Under the pieces are notes generated by a model. The model did not search any database. It was not told the DNA's origin and saw only the letters and a list, made by a program, of their open reading frames with translations. DNA of 63,168 nt, the filler included, from Porpidia crustulata (taxonomy: Eukaryota): NCBI GenBank assembly GCA_964255105.1. It is 5 parts of 5 records of this genome, joined end to end, with 100 filler letters (N's around TTAATTAATTAA, not from the genome) between each part and the next. Parts side by side here need not be neighbours in the genome. Positions count along the whole stretch, not along the records: positions 1 to 12,564 come from CAXUWE010000514.1; positions 12,665 to 25,222 come from CAXUWE010000515.1; 3 more parts are not named here. One strand, 5' to 3'. The stretch's first letter is position 1, and every line of letters begins with the position of its first letter. A program made the position numbers and the translations under genes. Positions 1 through 13,532 of this stretch are shown in pieces.

Positions 1-1431
1 CTGCTCCACCACCTCCTCCGCCTCGCTGACGCTCATCTTCCCCAGCACCTCGTTCACCCGGTCGAGGGTCCCGCTCTCCAGCGCCCTCTGCAGACCCGGT
101 GGAAAGCGCTCAAAGATGTCGCGGGCTGCGATCTCGATTTCGTCGGTACTGGAGGGTTGGGGGATGTTGATGGTGATGGTGGTGTTGGGGTCGACGGCGT
201 GGAGTTGGATTTGCTCGACGTCCTGGGTTGCGGTGGGGTTGGCGGCGCGCTCGGCGCGGATTTCGGTGCTGCGGGTCCGGATGCGGTTGTAAGTTGTGTT
301 GACGTCGTCCAGGAAGACTTTTTGGGCTTGATGGCCTGGGGTAGTGATGCTGTGGGGCGTTATATCAGTATCAAGGGTGGCAGGGATTTCGGAAAAGTAC
401 AAATTAGAAGCTTACCGTTTGAAAAACATGCCTACGCCATCTCGGCCGAGGGATCGACAGTATTGAAGGAGCAAGGCTTGATGAACACATTGTTTAGCAT
501 AGGTGGAATTATTGTGGTCAAGTTGGGCGTTGAAAGCTTCGATTAGCAGGCCATCGGTTTCTTGCTCCGCGACAACGTCTGGGTGCTCGGATATAAATTG
601 AAGGCATGCCTTGTAGTCACCAATTTTGATCTGTGCAAATTTCTTACCAATCTTCGTAGGTTCAATATGCTCTTTATCGGGGTCGGCGTTGTTGCTAATT
701 GGTTCATCCACATCAGCTTCGGCACCAGATGATTGAGCACTGTCCATACGACGAAGTTGGTCTTTTTTTATAGAACCGGGATTGAGGACCTCGACTACCT
801 CTTCTCTTGGCTTAGACTTGGTTTTGGGCTTTTCCGTCTCCTTGGGTTTTGACTTATTGACCGAGGAGCTATCGAAGCCTGTGTATATGCTTTCGCTCGT
901 AATCTTCTTCCCAGCCTCTTTTTCAAGCTCTCCAAACTTTTGCATTAATTCTTTTTGCAAATGTATGACCTTCGTTCTATGGCCCTCAATTCCTATGAGA
1001 TAGCTCTTATACCAATCTGGCTTCGAACCTACCTCTTTCTTTACTTGATCCACCAGGCTCGCCATCATCTGAGAATACTGCGGCTGCTCGGATTGAGAGT
1101 GTACACCTGGCGGAGGTTTTGGTGGCTGATCCTGTGCAGGGTCTCCAGCACTTTGCATCAGCGCTTGCATCATAAAATCATCAGGATTCCTTGCATCTGC
1201 CTCATGACTGCGCAAGGCCGCCAGAAGGGTGTCGATGCGTTGTAATAAGCCGTCGTTGATAATGCGCTCATACTTGAGTGTCTCAATACGGTGGCTTCTC
1301 TCGGCTCTCTGTTGATGTATCTGATTTTGTTTTGCTCGTATGAAAGAGCGTTTATCGACGTTTGGGTGCGGCTCAAAATCCGAGTCGTCGGAGAGCTCCA
1401 AAGCATCCCATTTACTGTAATTCACCGGCAT
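1..1431 (-). CDS. CDC37: Hsp90 co-chaperone Cdc37 (3' end truncated by contig edge)
   Basis: N-terminus MPVNYSKWDALELSDDSDFEPHPNVDKRSFIRAKQ is the fungal Cdc37 signature. GT-AG intron 350..415, then RITTPGHQAQKVFLDDVN continues to position 1. Confidence 0.95.
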
Positions 1432-2047
1432 GGTAGGGAGTCCAGACAGAACTCTTCACGGGCTTTGAAATCCGGTGATTGCGCAAACCAACAGACCTTT
1501 GGAATGAGGCACCCTAGCTATGCTCGAAGAAGATCTGGATGTGAACGTCAATGTGCAGGGATAGGCGGGACCACCGTCTCTAAGGCTGCCTAAGGTCTTA
1601 CCGCGTTAGGATTTGAATAACTAGCAAGACATACAAGACGATGTACAATGGAAAAATCTCCTACGATGGCAGTGTTTTTGAAGTAATCGGTGCGCTTTTG
1701 ACAAGCTCTCTTTTGCGTTTATCTTGAATACCAGATAGTCAATCATTCTTAATAGCACCATGCACATTGGTAGCTTGGAAGATTAGGCACACAGCCGAAT
1801 CAAAGGCAGAAAGGGTATCAGAATCATTATAATAACATTCCAATCATCCTTGAATGCTGATACGCTGTCTGCTACCCGGATGCCTCAAGGAGCTTGAGCG
1901 TAATGGTGACATACAGTATATGGAGACCATCCTACGACCAGGTATCGAATGCAAGCCATAATGCTCCAACGCCCTGCCCCTATTCACAATACTTCTCTGC
2001 CTTCTCCACTGCCCTGGTTACCCGTTTGGGTGAAATTTTCGGTGCGA

Positions 2048-2969
2048 TTAATATCCTCCCGCTCCAGGCGCCTTTTCGTCCTTCCGTAACTCCCCCAGTA
2101 ACTCCCGGAATCGCTCCTTACCCAAGCCCGTGGCCCCACCCTTCGCTCCTTTGCCACTCAGATCCACAAGCTTTGCAATGCGCTCCCAACTTGTGCCTCC
2201 AGCAGAAGTGTCTTCGCGGCTGGCCAAGAATTCTTCGGCGTCTTTTCGAGTACGAGTGAGGGACTTCTCTTTTTTAGCGTTGTAATTTTCATAGAAATCG
2301 TCGATGGATTTTTGGGCAGTGGCGATGGTTTCTTGCTTTTTCGAGCCAGAAATCTTAGCACGCTCAGCTAATTGGACGTCGCGACTTTCACGCCATTGGC
2401 TGGGACGAGACCAAAATTAGTGTGGAAAATCCTACAAGAAGAGGATAATTCACCGTATAGGCCCGGGGTCTTCTTCGGGCGATGTGTAGCTGCTGTATGA
2501 CTGTTGAGAAGGCCGAAAGGGTAGCGCGGAGTTAGTGATGGTGCCACCTGGTCCGACTGCCTACCCATTGTCAGATGGTGAGTTCGGTAACATCCCAAAC
2601 AGGTATCCATACTTCATTACGCGTGTTATCTACAGCAGGGAAAGAGCTCTCGAATTGTCCAATGTCGTCTCCACCAGCTTGTGTGCCGTCATAGCTTTCC
2701 CCTAATAAATCATCCTCTGCGTCCTCTGCAGTAGCTGTAACGGCATGGTCGTTCGATGATGCAAACTGGTCTGCGTCGTCACCGAGCAAGGCACGCTCAC
2801 GGCTTAGGAAGTCTTCTCCCCCAACGTCGTCATGACCGGAGGTACTATTGCCCTTGATTCCTATCTGGCCTAGAGGAGGAATATCTATGATTAGCAAAGG
2901 CTTGTGAAAGTGAGCAGCAATTGGCTCACCTTCTGAGAAATCCTCCAAGGAAGGAAATTTATCAGCCAT
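2048..2969 (-). CDS. CLC1: Clathrin light chain (spliced)
   Basis: MADKFPSLEDF...DFLSRERALLGDDA...FESSFPAVD...QWRESRD...SIDDFYENYN...ELRKDEKAPGAGGY* assembled across GT-AG introns. Confidence 0.92.
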
Positions 2970-3395
2970 GGAGGCAGGTGCGCTGAGATGAAACCTTTTG
3001 AGGAGGGAGCTTCAGCTTCCTAGCGATGGTGATTTGTCTCGTTTGTCTACAAAAGCGGCAGTGGATTAGTACGAATCGGGCGTTCCAGTGACTCGTTGCC
3101 CGTTTGAGGAATTACTGACGCGACACTATCTCCTTTAGATAGGACCTCTAGGGAGCTCTAAATACCCAAAATAATTCCGCACCAATCGTCCTTAACAGTC
3201 GTCCCATACTTTGAAACAATTATATCATTTAGGCAGAGAACAGTGTGTGAATCTTACAGCTACGATCTTCTGTGCATATTCAGAAGTAGTATTCCTTTAA
3301 TCCTGCGTCTGATTCACTAACCTGTGAACGTCCCATCTCCCCCCCTTAGTTATCGCACTGCAAACCGAGTCAGTAGATAGCTATAGCAAGCTACA

Positions 3396-4754
3396 ATGGC
3401 GTATACGGATGATGGTGTAAAGGCAAAGCTCTCGGCTCTGAACGAGACCCAGGAAAGCATTGTGACCGTGGCTCAATGGGTGATTTTCCACAGGTATATT
3501 CAAGTTCCGTGCTCTCATCGTATCTAGTACACTGATTCCTGGATTCGTAGGAGACACGCAGACCGCACTGCCACCATCTGGCTTCAACGTCTCAAGGACT
3601 CCGGCTCTAATAAACGTCTCAATCTCATCTACCTCGCTAACGAAGTAGCTCAACAATCACGTGTCAGAAAAAAGGATGACTTCCTTATTGCTTTCTCCCC
3701 AATCATCGCGGAGGCGTCTGCCATAGCCTACAAAGGCGCTACAAACGAGGTCCAGCAGAAAATCCGCCGCGTCATTGAGGTATGGCGGCAGCGACAGATT
3801 TTTGAAGGCGCCATTCAGGAAGCTATTGAAGCCCGCATCGACGAGCTCGATAAGTCGCGCTCATCAAGCAAGAAACCTCTACTTGGTGGCTCTCTCTTCG
3901 CCAACGCATCCGGACCATCCGCACCGCTGGAAATCCAGCCTCTCGTTCCCCTGCAAGTCGCTGTCTCAAAGGCCGCAGCATCCATAAAGGGCCTTGCAGC
4001 AACCGCAAATTCCGAATATGAGAAATTAAACGACCCGAGCAAAACCATCCCCACACCACCCGTACACGCCGCTCGCCTCAGCGCGCTCCTGAAATCTCTC
4101 GCGAGCGCTGAAGGCGCCGTATCCGAAAGCATCAAAGCCCGCCGCGCGCTCGTCGAAGGGCTCGAGAAAATTCTAGAAACGAACCGCACAGCTCTCACCA
4201 CCGAAGAGTCGCAGCACTCCGAGCTCCTCACCCGCAAAGCGGCCGCCGAAGCCAAGAAGCGCGAGGTCGAAGACGGCATCATGCGCGGCCTGTCCGCCGA
4301 ACCCTCACCCTCGACACATCAGGCAGGAACTAACGCCTTCGAAACCCACACCAATGGCAACGGCCGAAGCACGCCTCTCGAGAGCCACAAGACCGAGCCA
4401 GAACGCCCCGATATAGAAGAACTTACACCTCCGCCCGTGGAATCCCTCACACCCCCCCAATCCTCGGCGCAGACCCCTTTCCAAACCTCGCCCCCTGCAT
4501 CGCTCGTCTCCCAAGTGCCTCAATACGCCTCACAGCCACCGCTAGCGGTACCACAAGCCGGCTCAGACCTACTCTCCTCGCTGTCCATGCCGCCGGTACG
4601 CCACTATGCCGGCAGTCCGGGGAGTGCAGGAGGAGTGACGAAAAAGAGGAAACTAGAGGACGAGACGGATGGGTTCGGGGTTGGGGAGGACGCTATGGCG
4701 GATCTGGACGACGATGTGGCTGAGCTTTTGAGGGCGGAGAGTGGAGGTTATTGA
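3396..4754 (+). CDS. RTT103: CID-domain RNA polymerase II CTD-binding protein (Rtt103/RPRD-like)
   Basis: MAYTDDGVKAKLSALNETQESIVTVAQWVIFHR, one intron, then KRLNLIYLANEVAQQS (CID motif); C-terminal part is ORF 4281..4754. Confidence 0.85.
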
Positions 4755-5577
4755 GGTTTTCCATGTAGCTGGATTGGTACCGAGGTATCTAGCGAAATCT
4801 GTAGCTAGGAGATACATAATGCCACGCATGGTGCCTTTTGTTTCAGTCCACCCCCAAATTATCACTTCCAGAAGTCTCCCCTTTTGGCCTCGTCGATCAG
4901 CCCCATGGAACAAAACTTCTGCCTGGCTTTGAGCTTGCATACTCCGTACATCCCGTCCCCGGAAGCACGAAGCGTAGACAATGCCATTCTCACTTCACGC
5001 AATGGCCTTCTTCGGCTCCACTAAACGAGCTTTCAAATGGTTCCTCATCCATCTCTGCGGCGTCTGAGCTCTCGTATGCACGTTCTGACTCGTCGTCCTG
5101 GCTGGAATTGTTCATGTCGGCCTCATCATCAGGGAAAGTCGGCACCAGCAGGAAACGAGGGGAAGTATGCTGCGAAGGGGTCAGTTGGACAACATTTTAG
5201 TTGGAAGTTATGGTGACAGGAGGACTAGGTTAGGTGAAGGGATCAACCTACAGGATTTAGAGTCAAACTTTTCTAGCTCATTAATTGCGATGCCGGTGCC
5301 TGGCATTGACGGCATGTTGACCTCTTCGTCCAGAGGAGAGGCAGCGTAAGAGAGTGGCGAAGGGAGGGAAGCTGCGAGAGGGTTGGTGGGACAGCACTAG
5401 AAATGAACGTGATGGTGATGGAGATTAAACTGGGGACATGGAAAATGATCGACTTACAGGATTCACACCCAAGCTTTTCCGGATTTGTACAGGAATCTAG
5501 GAGTGAAAGCACGAGTAAATATCGCTTTGCAATACGGGACTAAATTGCATTTACGAAGAAAGAATACGGATAATCAC

Positions 5578-6797
5578 CTAAGGTCTACCCATGAATGCAG
5601 GTTCACGAGATGTATCGTTTGTTCTCTTCGGCTTCACCAACAGGAGAATGAACATGCCAATGACGAGGAGAAGAAGGAATAGGAGAATCTTTCGCTTCGT
5701 GGATTTCCGCTGATATTCAGTTGCCTGATCCCATTTCGTTAGCTTTATTTACTCGCCCGACTAGGATGCATACGTACGACGACAAGTTCCTTTTCCGCTT
5801 CCTTGACATTGACGACCATATTTTCTATATTATAGTCGATTCGATCCAGCATAGTCCCTTGATCTATGACCATCATCTGAAGGTCCTTGAAAATATCCGC
5901 CAGCTCGATAATTCCCTTGGCAATCTCATTGATCTCTCGCTCTCTTTGTGCAATTGCAGCTTCATTTCCGGTAAGACGCTTCTGTGCTGTTTGTTGAATC
6001 GTGGCTTGCTGAAGAGTTGATTGAGAAAAAGACTTGTCAACCTCGGATTCCATCATGGACGGATCAGAGTAAGGGTTCTGCGAAGGGGTAGCTGATCCTG
6101 GGAATGGAGAGGACATGCCGCCCAGCTGGCGAATTTCTAGAGATTGAGTCAGTATAGTGTGAACTGCATGTAGTTTACAACATACTCTTCAAGTAGTTGC
6201 TCTGTTTTTTTCGAAACCCAGCGCTGGCCTCTTGCACTGCAGCAGCCAATGCGATCTGGATATTCCGAGCCATAGTTTCGTCTGCCTTGGTAACCCCACC
6301 TTGCCGCTTTGCTTCTCTAACCATCATCTCTACCTTCTGGATGGCCCTCTGACAGTCATGAAAGCGTCGTGTGATTTCTAGTGTGAGCTGCTCAATCGTT
6401 ACCTCCTCCTTCTTTCTCACATCCTCGTCTTCAAAGTTTGGTAATACATGTTTCTGGTGCATCTTATCTAGGTTTGCTGACTTTTTGGCTATATTATCCA
6501 GGAGCTCAGTGACCTCATCTTGAACATCCATCCATCTTGGTGGAAGTAGATCCATTTCAATAATTGCATCTCCGTCATCTTCGAAGGCTCCGGCTGACAT
6601 GAGCCCGCGGCGCTCCTCAGATTCCGATCCTTGACTAGAGAAGCCATTGGCAGACGCGCCAACAGACTTTCGCTTCTTGGCTGGGTGATGGGCATACGAC
6701 TGTCGGTAGGATATGTAGCTATTAGAAAGCTCAGATCAGCTCATTACCGAAGCCCACAGAAACGTGACACCCACAGGTTTGTCCTATCTCTCCACAT
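5578..6797 (-). CDS. TLG2: t-SNARE syntaxin Tlg2 (syntaxin-16 like)
   Basis: MWRDRTNL|YISYRQSYAHHP N-peptide, SNARE motif (QREREINEIAKGIIEL...DQGTMLDRIDYN), C-terminal TM helix KRKILLFLLLLVIGMFILLLVK; 3 introns. Confidence 0.93.
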
Positions 6798-7141
6798 GGT
6801 TACCAGGAGCCCCTAAGGGTCTGGGACACAGCTTAAAAAAGTGCACCTATCAGTTTGAAACTTCCATCAATATTGTCCGCGATTATCACCAGCAAGGGGA
6901 CGTGAGAGATGTTATTAACGAGCCTCCAGGCTACCGGCATCCTCCGGTCAGGGATCACTTGGCTGGCTCGTGCTTCTTTTCAGCCTTGCGAGACCCTTTC
7001 TATTCCTACGCACAGTGATTGATCCCGAACGTACAACCCATCGCAGCCTATTCCTTACGGTGAACAGCTCTTGACAACTTTGAACTACTTACTACTCAAA
7101 AATTCTTACTATCCTCACTCATATCCTCAGTGCCAGGCACC

Positions 7142-8006
<865 letters not shown>

Positions 8007-8925
8007 GAGCCATGTTCTGACCGCTCTTTTGTACGGTAGCTTTTCACCTTTCATGGCTCGCAAGCGTTGTAGTCAGGCTTCCCGCCTTGCGAGGGTTCGG
8101 CTTGGGATGATGTAAGGATTGGATTGGAGATTGTTAGGCATCAAATCGAGAGATCCTCCATCAGCAATCAAATTCATGCTAGCGATTGCGCACTACACTG
8201 CGTCGTCTTCTAAAATTATAATTTTCATCACACCTCAGATATTGCCAAAGAATGGTCTTCCAATCTGCGAGCCTGTATCCAATCTGCCTTGGATTGTCCG
8301 ACGCGCGAATGTCGATAGTGTTCAGTACAGTCAATTTAGTCCTTCAGACAGTAGATACCTCACTCCTCTTTAGATGTTTTAGTATTATGAGATCGCATTG
8401 CCCATTAGTATCCCTACGTTCATAGGCTTACTTTTCTCGTACATGCTATACTGCTTCGTGGAAGTTCTCGCCAGTTTATTCTTATGCTCATGTTCATATC
8501 ATATTCCGTGACATGAAATCAAATTTGGCTATGGCTACCGGTGTCATCCCGATTTCTTCGATCATTAGATGCACTGCTAGCCAGGATCAAATTAGGAGCA
8601 AACTTTTGAAATCCGGAATTACATAGCATCTATACTAACAGTAGGGAGTTTTCGGTAGTAATTGTCAGGTGCCGGTTCACAGCCATGCTGGATGAGTTAC
8701 ACCTAGATTTGACGGGATGGAGCATCTCGTGCATGCATTGGACGATTCGAGCGTCGAGTGTAGGACAGACAAGATCGAAAGGCACTGCTAGTGTCCCGTA
8801 TGACACTGAAATGTTTCTGTTGCAGGAATCCATCCATGACAATCGAATGTGCCAAAGTCCGATGTGTCGAGCAAAGGATCACGGTCTCCACATATACTCC
8901 TTTAAGCATTCTCTTATGAAATGCT

Positions 8926-9387
8926 TTACGTCCGTTTCACACCCTTATCATTTCTTAACCCGACTCCCGCACAAAAGGCCAGTCTCATTCCGCCCGGCCC
9001 ATAGAGCATCACAAAATTGACCCACTCCTCCAACCTCCACCTTCTAGGGTCTAGAAAGACCTCCGCACCCAGAATACTCCACATACCATACAAGTGGAAA
9101 ACATCACACAGTGCCATACCAAAAAGGACAGCTTTCCACACATTGACATCTGTAGTAACACGTAAGACGACAGCTTGCGACCACGCAAATAATGTGAGTA
9201 AGCCGGCGAGTTGCGCGAATATAGGTCACATCAGAGGGTTGTAGGTCGACGAAGGCATGTCAGGTACGTAGCCAGCAAGCCATAGAGCAGGATGGGCGAG
9301 CGTTAGGTAGACGCCGCCGAGGGCGGCGAACGGTTCGAAGTAAAGGAAAAGAGCGCGGTAGGGCAAGGGGATTCCGCGGGGAGACAT
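8926..9387 (-). pseudogene. Small multi-TM fungal membrane protein gene interrupted by an in-frame TGA at 9226..9228
   Basis: ORFs 9226..9540 and 8926..9141 share a frame. They read MSPRGIPLPYRALFLYFEPFAALGG...YNPLM*PIFAQLAGLLTLFAWSQAVVLRVTTDVNVWKAVLFGMALCD... with no other stop. Confidence 0.65.
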
Positions 9388-9739
9388 CTTTGGCGGAGTA
9401 TAGTAGGCTTCGAAATTCAAGAAGAGTGATTTTGGGAAAGAGAAACGGACTTTCAGAAGCCCACGATTATTGAATTTTTGATAAAGTAAAAGGAGGTATC
9501 TCCGTAAGACAGTTGAAATGGTTCGAGAAGCTCGGACCATGAATATTTACCTATATGCACGTCATGCAGCTAGTTCATTTGCGATTTAGACGAGTATTAC
9601 AAAAGACCCTTGTCAATAAATGTACTACTACAAAGTACTTTCTCAGGCTTCCACTTCTTCGACTCAAGCTACCACAGCATAGCAAAGTACACCATGACCA
9701 GGCACTCTCAAAGAGTGTTTTGCTACTTTAGTCGGTAAC

Positions 9740-12197
9740 ATGAGTGGATGGAGAGCAAATAACAAAGTCATGCGCAGTTCTGAGCTGCTTCTACGGCGAA
9801 TATGCAAAGCCCCTGTGCTCAGTACTCAGCAATCGTCTCCGCAAAGCAGACTGATGTGTCGGGCTATGCAATGCAGGTTTTCTACCCATATCCCAACACC
9901 TAAGCAGAGCCTTCCAACTTCTCTAACGGCCTCAATATCAACTTCGTACACTCCATCCCGTTTCCTAGCTTCCCACCCTCGACCAGCAATTACGCCTTTA
10001 GCTCGACTACTTCTTACCCCTCATAAGCGGCGAAAATCGGATTTACCTGTGACTAGACTCAGGGATGATAATGACGATGGCCTCGAACCCGAGGAAGAAG
10101 AGCGAGGCTTTGAGATGTCCCACAAAGCTTCGCAAGCCGCGCAAGTAAATCTTAGCGCTCGCCTAGCCAAGGATGGGAAGTCTCAGGGTCAGACAGCTGG
10201 CTTTGGCGAAGTCTGGAGATTGATCAAGATCGCTAGACCGGAAGCCAAGGTTTTAGGATATGCATTTGTCTTTCTATTGGTGTCTTCTGCCATCAGCATG
10301 GCCGTTCCGTTCTCCATTGGAAAGATACTGGACATTGCTACAAAATCGGAGGATGGGACTGATCAACTTTTCGGGTTAGACCTCACAACGTTCTACATTG
10401 CGTTAGGCGGTGTTCTGGCGATAGGGGCAGGTGCAAATTACGGTCGTATTATCATACTTCGAATCGTTGGAGAGCGTATTGTTGCCCGTCTAAGGTCTCA
10501 ATTATTCCGACGAACCGTTATACAGGATGCCGAATTCTTTGATGCCAACAGAGTAGGAGACCTCATTTCCCGATTAAGTTCGGATACAATTATTGTTGGA
10601 AAAAGCATTACCCAGAATCTGTCAGACGGACTTAGGTCTTTGGTGAGCGGAGGTGCTGGATTTGGGCTGATGGCATTTGTCAGTGTCAAACTTACAGGCA
10701 TATTGACCCTCATGTTTCCACCCGTAGCCATAGGTGCGTTCTTTTACGGTCGAGCTATTAGGAATCTCAGCCGAAAAATCCAAAGGAATCTAGGGACCTT
10801 GACTAAGATTGCCGAAGAGCGACTTGGCAACATGAGAACGAGTCAAGCGTTTGCTGGTGAGATCCTCGAGGTTTCTAGGTATAATCATCAAGTAAGGAAG
10901 ATATTCGGGCTTGGGAAGAGAGAAGCATTCATTAGTGCTACTTTCTTTAGCACTACCGGCATGATGGGCAATTTAACGATTCTTGCACTTTTATATGTCG
11001 GAGGTGGAATGGTGAAAGATGGAACCATTAGCATTGGCGAGTTGACATCATTCCTGATGTACACTGCCTATGCAGGATCCAGTCTTTTTGGGTTATCCAG
11101 TTTCTACTCGGAACTGATGAAAGGTGTCGGAGCTGCGAGCAGACTGTTTGAACTCCAGGACAGAGAGCCAACTATATCACCGACTGTCGGCTTGCCTGTT
11201 GTATCAGCACGTGGTCCGATCAAATTTGAGGGTGTTTCTTTCAGCTACCCGACGCGACCTGCTGTCGACATCTTTAGCAACCTCGACTTTGAGATTCCTC
11301 AAGGGACGAATGTAGCCGTTGTTGGACCGTCGGGTGGAGGAAAGTCAACCATTGCATCGTTGATGCTTCGCTTCTACTCGCCTACGCAAGGGCGCATCAA
11401 GGTCAATGGCGTAGATATTTCCACGATGAACGTCAAAGCCTTGCGGCGGAAGATTGGTATTGTGGCCCAAGAGCCAGTCTTGTTCTCTGGCACAATAGCC
11501 GAAAACATTTCTTACGGCAAACCCCGTGCCACGCGATCGGAAATCATCGCCGCCGCCCGGAAAGCGAACTGTAGCTTCATCAGTGATTTCCCTGATGGTC
11601 TAGATACCTCTGTCGGAGCGAGGGGAGCCATGTTGTCCGGAGGTCAGAAACAGCGCATAGCGATCGCCAGAGCACTAGTCAAGAACCCAGACATCTTGAT
11701 CCTCGACGAAGGTAAACGCCCACCACGGCCATTCTGACTATCATCTAGCTAACAACCACATCATAGCCACATCCGCCCTCGACGCCGAATCCGAAACCCT
11801 CGTCAACTCCGCCCTCGCCGCCCTCCTCCGCGGCAACAACACGACCATCTCCATCGCCCACCGCCTCTCCACCATCAAGCGATCCGACACCATCATCGTC
11901 CTCTCCTCCGACGGCAAAGTCGCCGAACAAGGCTCCTACAAGGACCTCAGCAACAACCCCAACGGCGCCTTTACCAGACTCATGGAATGGCAGATGAGTG
12001 GCGGTGAGACCGAGGGGGTTTCCGGGGGCGGGGTGTCCGCTGAGCGGAACGGGACGTTAGAGGAGGGTGAGCGGTTCTTGCCGGATGTGGATGATGGCGA
12101 TGAGGGTGATGAAGAAGAGGATGGCGTAAAGGTACGGAGCGCCGAAGATACCAAGTCCGAAGCTGCACATCAAACACCCACAAGACACCCACAGTAG
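9740..12197 (+). CDS. MDL1: Mitochondrial half-size ABCB transporter (Mdl1/Mdl2-like); start may be 9770
   Basis: Basic presequence, TMD, Walker A GPSGGGKST, LSGGQ signature, ILILDE; intron 11712..11766 then ATSALDAESE. Confidence 0.9.
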
Positions 12198-12564
12198 CAA
12201 ATTCATCCTAACCCAGCCCATTCATTCACTGTCATATATCATCGCAAGCATCCATCTCGGAGTTTTTTGTCACCCCAGGAACCGTATCTAGACGCAAGGG
12301 GCGTCTTGAAGGGATCCCGCAACGCCTCTCTTACTAAGTGTACTTGAAGGTTTTGTACAAATAGGCGATACAAATCCATGCAGAAGGCGTGCTTCTGCTC
12401 CCTGTTGTAGTTGATTGTGAAGATGTTGTTGAGTTTGTGCGAGGAATTTGATGCTGGTGCAGGAGGTTGCTGGAGGGATGGGGGGTTTGATAGGTTAGGT
12501 GGTCGGAGCATTTTTTCGTGCTTCAGTTGGTCTTTTTCTTCATCCCTCCTCACACCTCCTCATC

Positions 12565-12664
12565 NNNNNNNNNNNNNNNNNNNNNNNNNNNNNNNNNNNN
12601 NNNNNNNNTTAATTAATTAANNNNNNNNNNNNNNNNNNNNNNNNNNNNNNNNNNNNNNNNNNNN
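12565..12664. other. Artificial contig-joining spacer
   Basis: 44 N + TTAATTAATTAA (stops in all six frames) + 44 N. Confidence 0.99.
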
Positions 12665-12730
12665 GATGTAGACAGAATGGATGGAAAATTCCAGAAAACA
12701 GGGGAGATCGCTTCTGACGGGATGATCTAG

Positions 12731-13186
12731 ATTCTCGAGAGATAGGGCACGGTTTACGGATACGCTGGATGTGATCAAGTTTCTATGCAAAGACATGTGG
12801 ACCTTAGTGTTTAGGAAGCAGATCGATAATCTGAAGACCAACCACCGGGTAGGAGCCATCTCCGCTCAGCAATTATTATCCTCATGCGGAATGCTCACAT
12901 TTTGTTAGGGTACTTATGTCCTCACCGATACCAGCTTCAGGCTGTTTGCGCGGATGAGCGCAATCTCATCGTCTGAAGCAGTACTGCGGGCTCAGCCGGT
13001 CAGAAATGTTGCACCATCTACAATATTACAGAGAAATGCTGACCAGCTCATCAGTTCCTCTGGTTTCCTTGCGGTATTATTCGAGGGGCTTTGTCCAGCA
13101 TGGGCATCAATGCTACTGTTCAGGCAGAAAGCCTCGAGTTGCCAGCTGCTACGTTTCACATCAAGACGGTTACTGCTAAGGCATAG
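12731..13186 (+). CDS. TRS33: TRAPP complex subunit Trs33/TRAPPC6 (5' end truncated; last three exons)
   Basis: Manual splicing gives [46 protein letters not shown]...[29 protein letters not shown]...*; not a single ORF in the track. Confidence 0.9.
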
Positions 13187-13532
13187 GGCTTACCATCTAC
13201 TACTCTTGAATCGAGCGTGATATTTCGAGACTTAGCCGCATGGAAGGCGTTCAGGTCCTGAACTTAGAGCTTTTCAGAGCATAGAGAATGAGTTTGCATT
13301 GATCTAGATTTCATTTGACCTTCGCAGCCCTGAAACACTTCCACAGCCAAATCTTAAGCAGAATTTCATGATCCGAGCTCCTAGCAACTCTGAAGATTTC
13401 GCTTTGATCCTAGCGCTCCGTCATAGTCTACCTAGCAAACGCCATTCGTCAGTGCTGGATCTCGGAAGAATTCTAAAGCCCTAGCATTCTTGGAATGGGG
13501 TTGAGAGGAAGTTATTCCTACACTCGGGAGAT

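Noticed and set aside
157..546. ORFs such as 157..546, 3815..4282, 25531..25989, 33494..33778, 37364..37933 and 62367..63056
   Set aside because: Antisense shadows of real GC-rich coding exons on the other strand.
12239..12553. Minus-strand 104-aa ORF at the end of contig 1 as the last exon of a truncated gene
   Set aside because: Two open frames, no recognisable motif; I cannot choose or support a product.
12609..12620. TTAATTAATTAA recurring about every 12.6 kb as a biological repeat or piggyBac-like target site
   Set aside because: Always centred in 44+44 N; it is a synthetic six-frame-stop linker.
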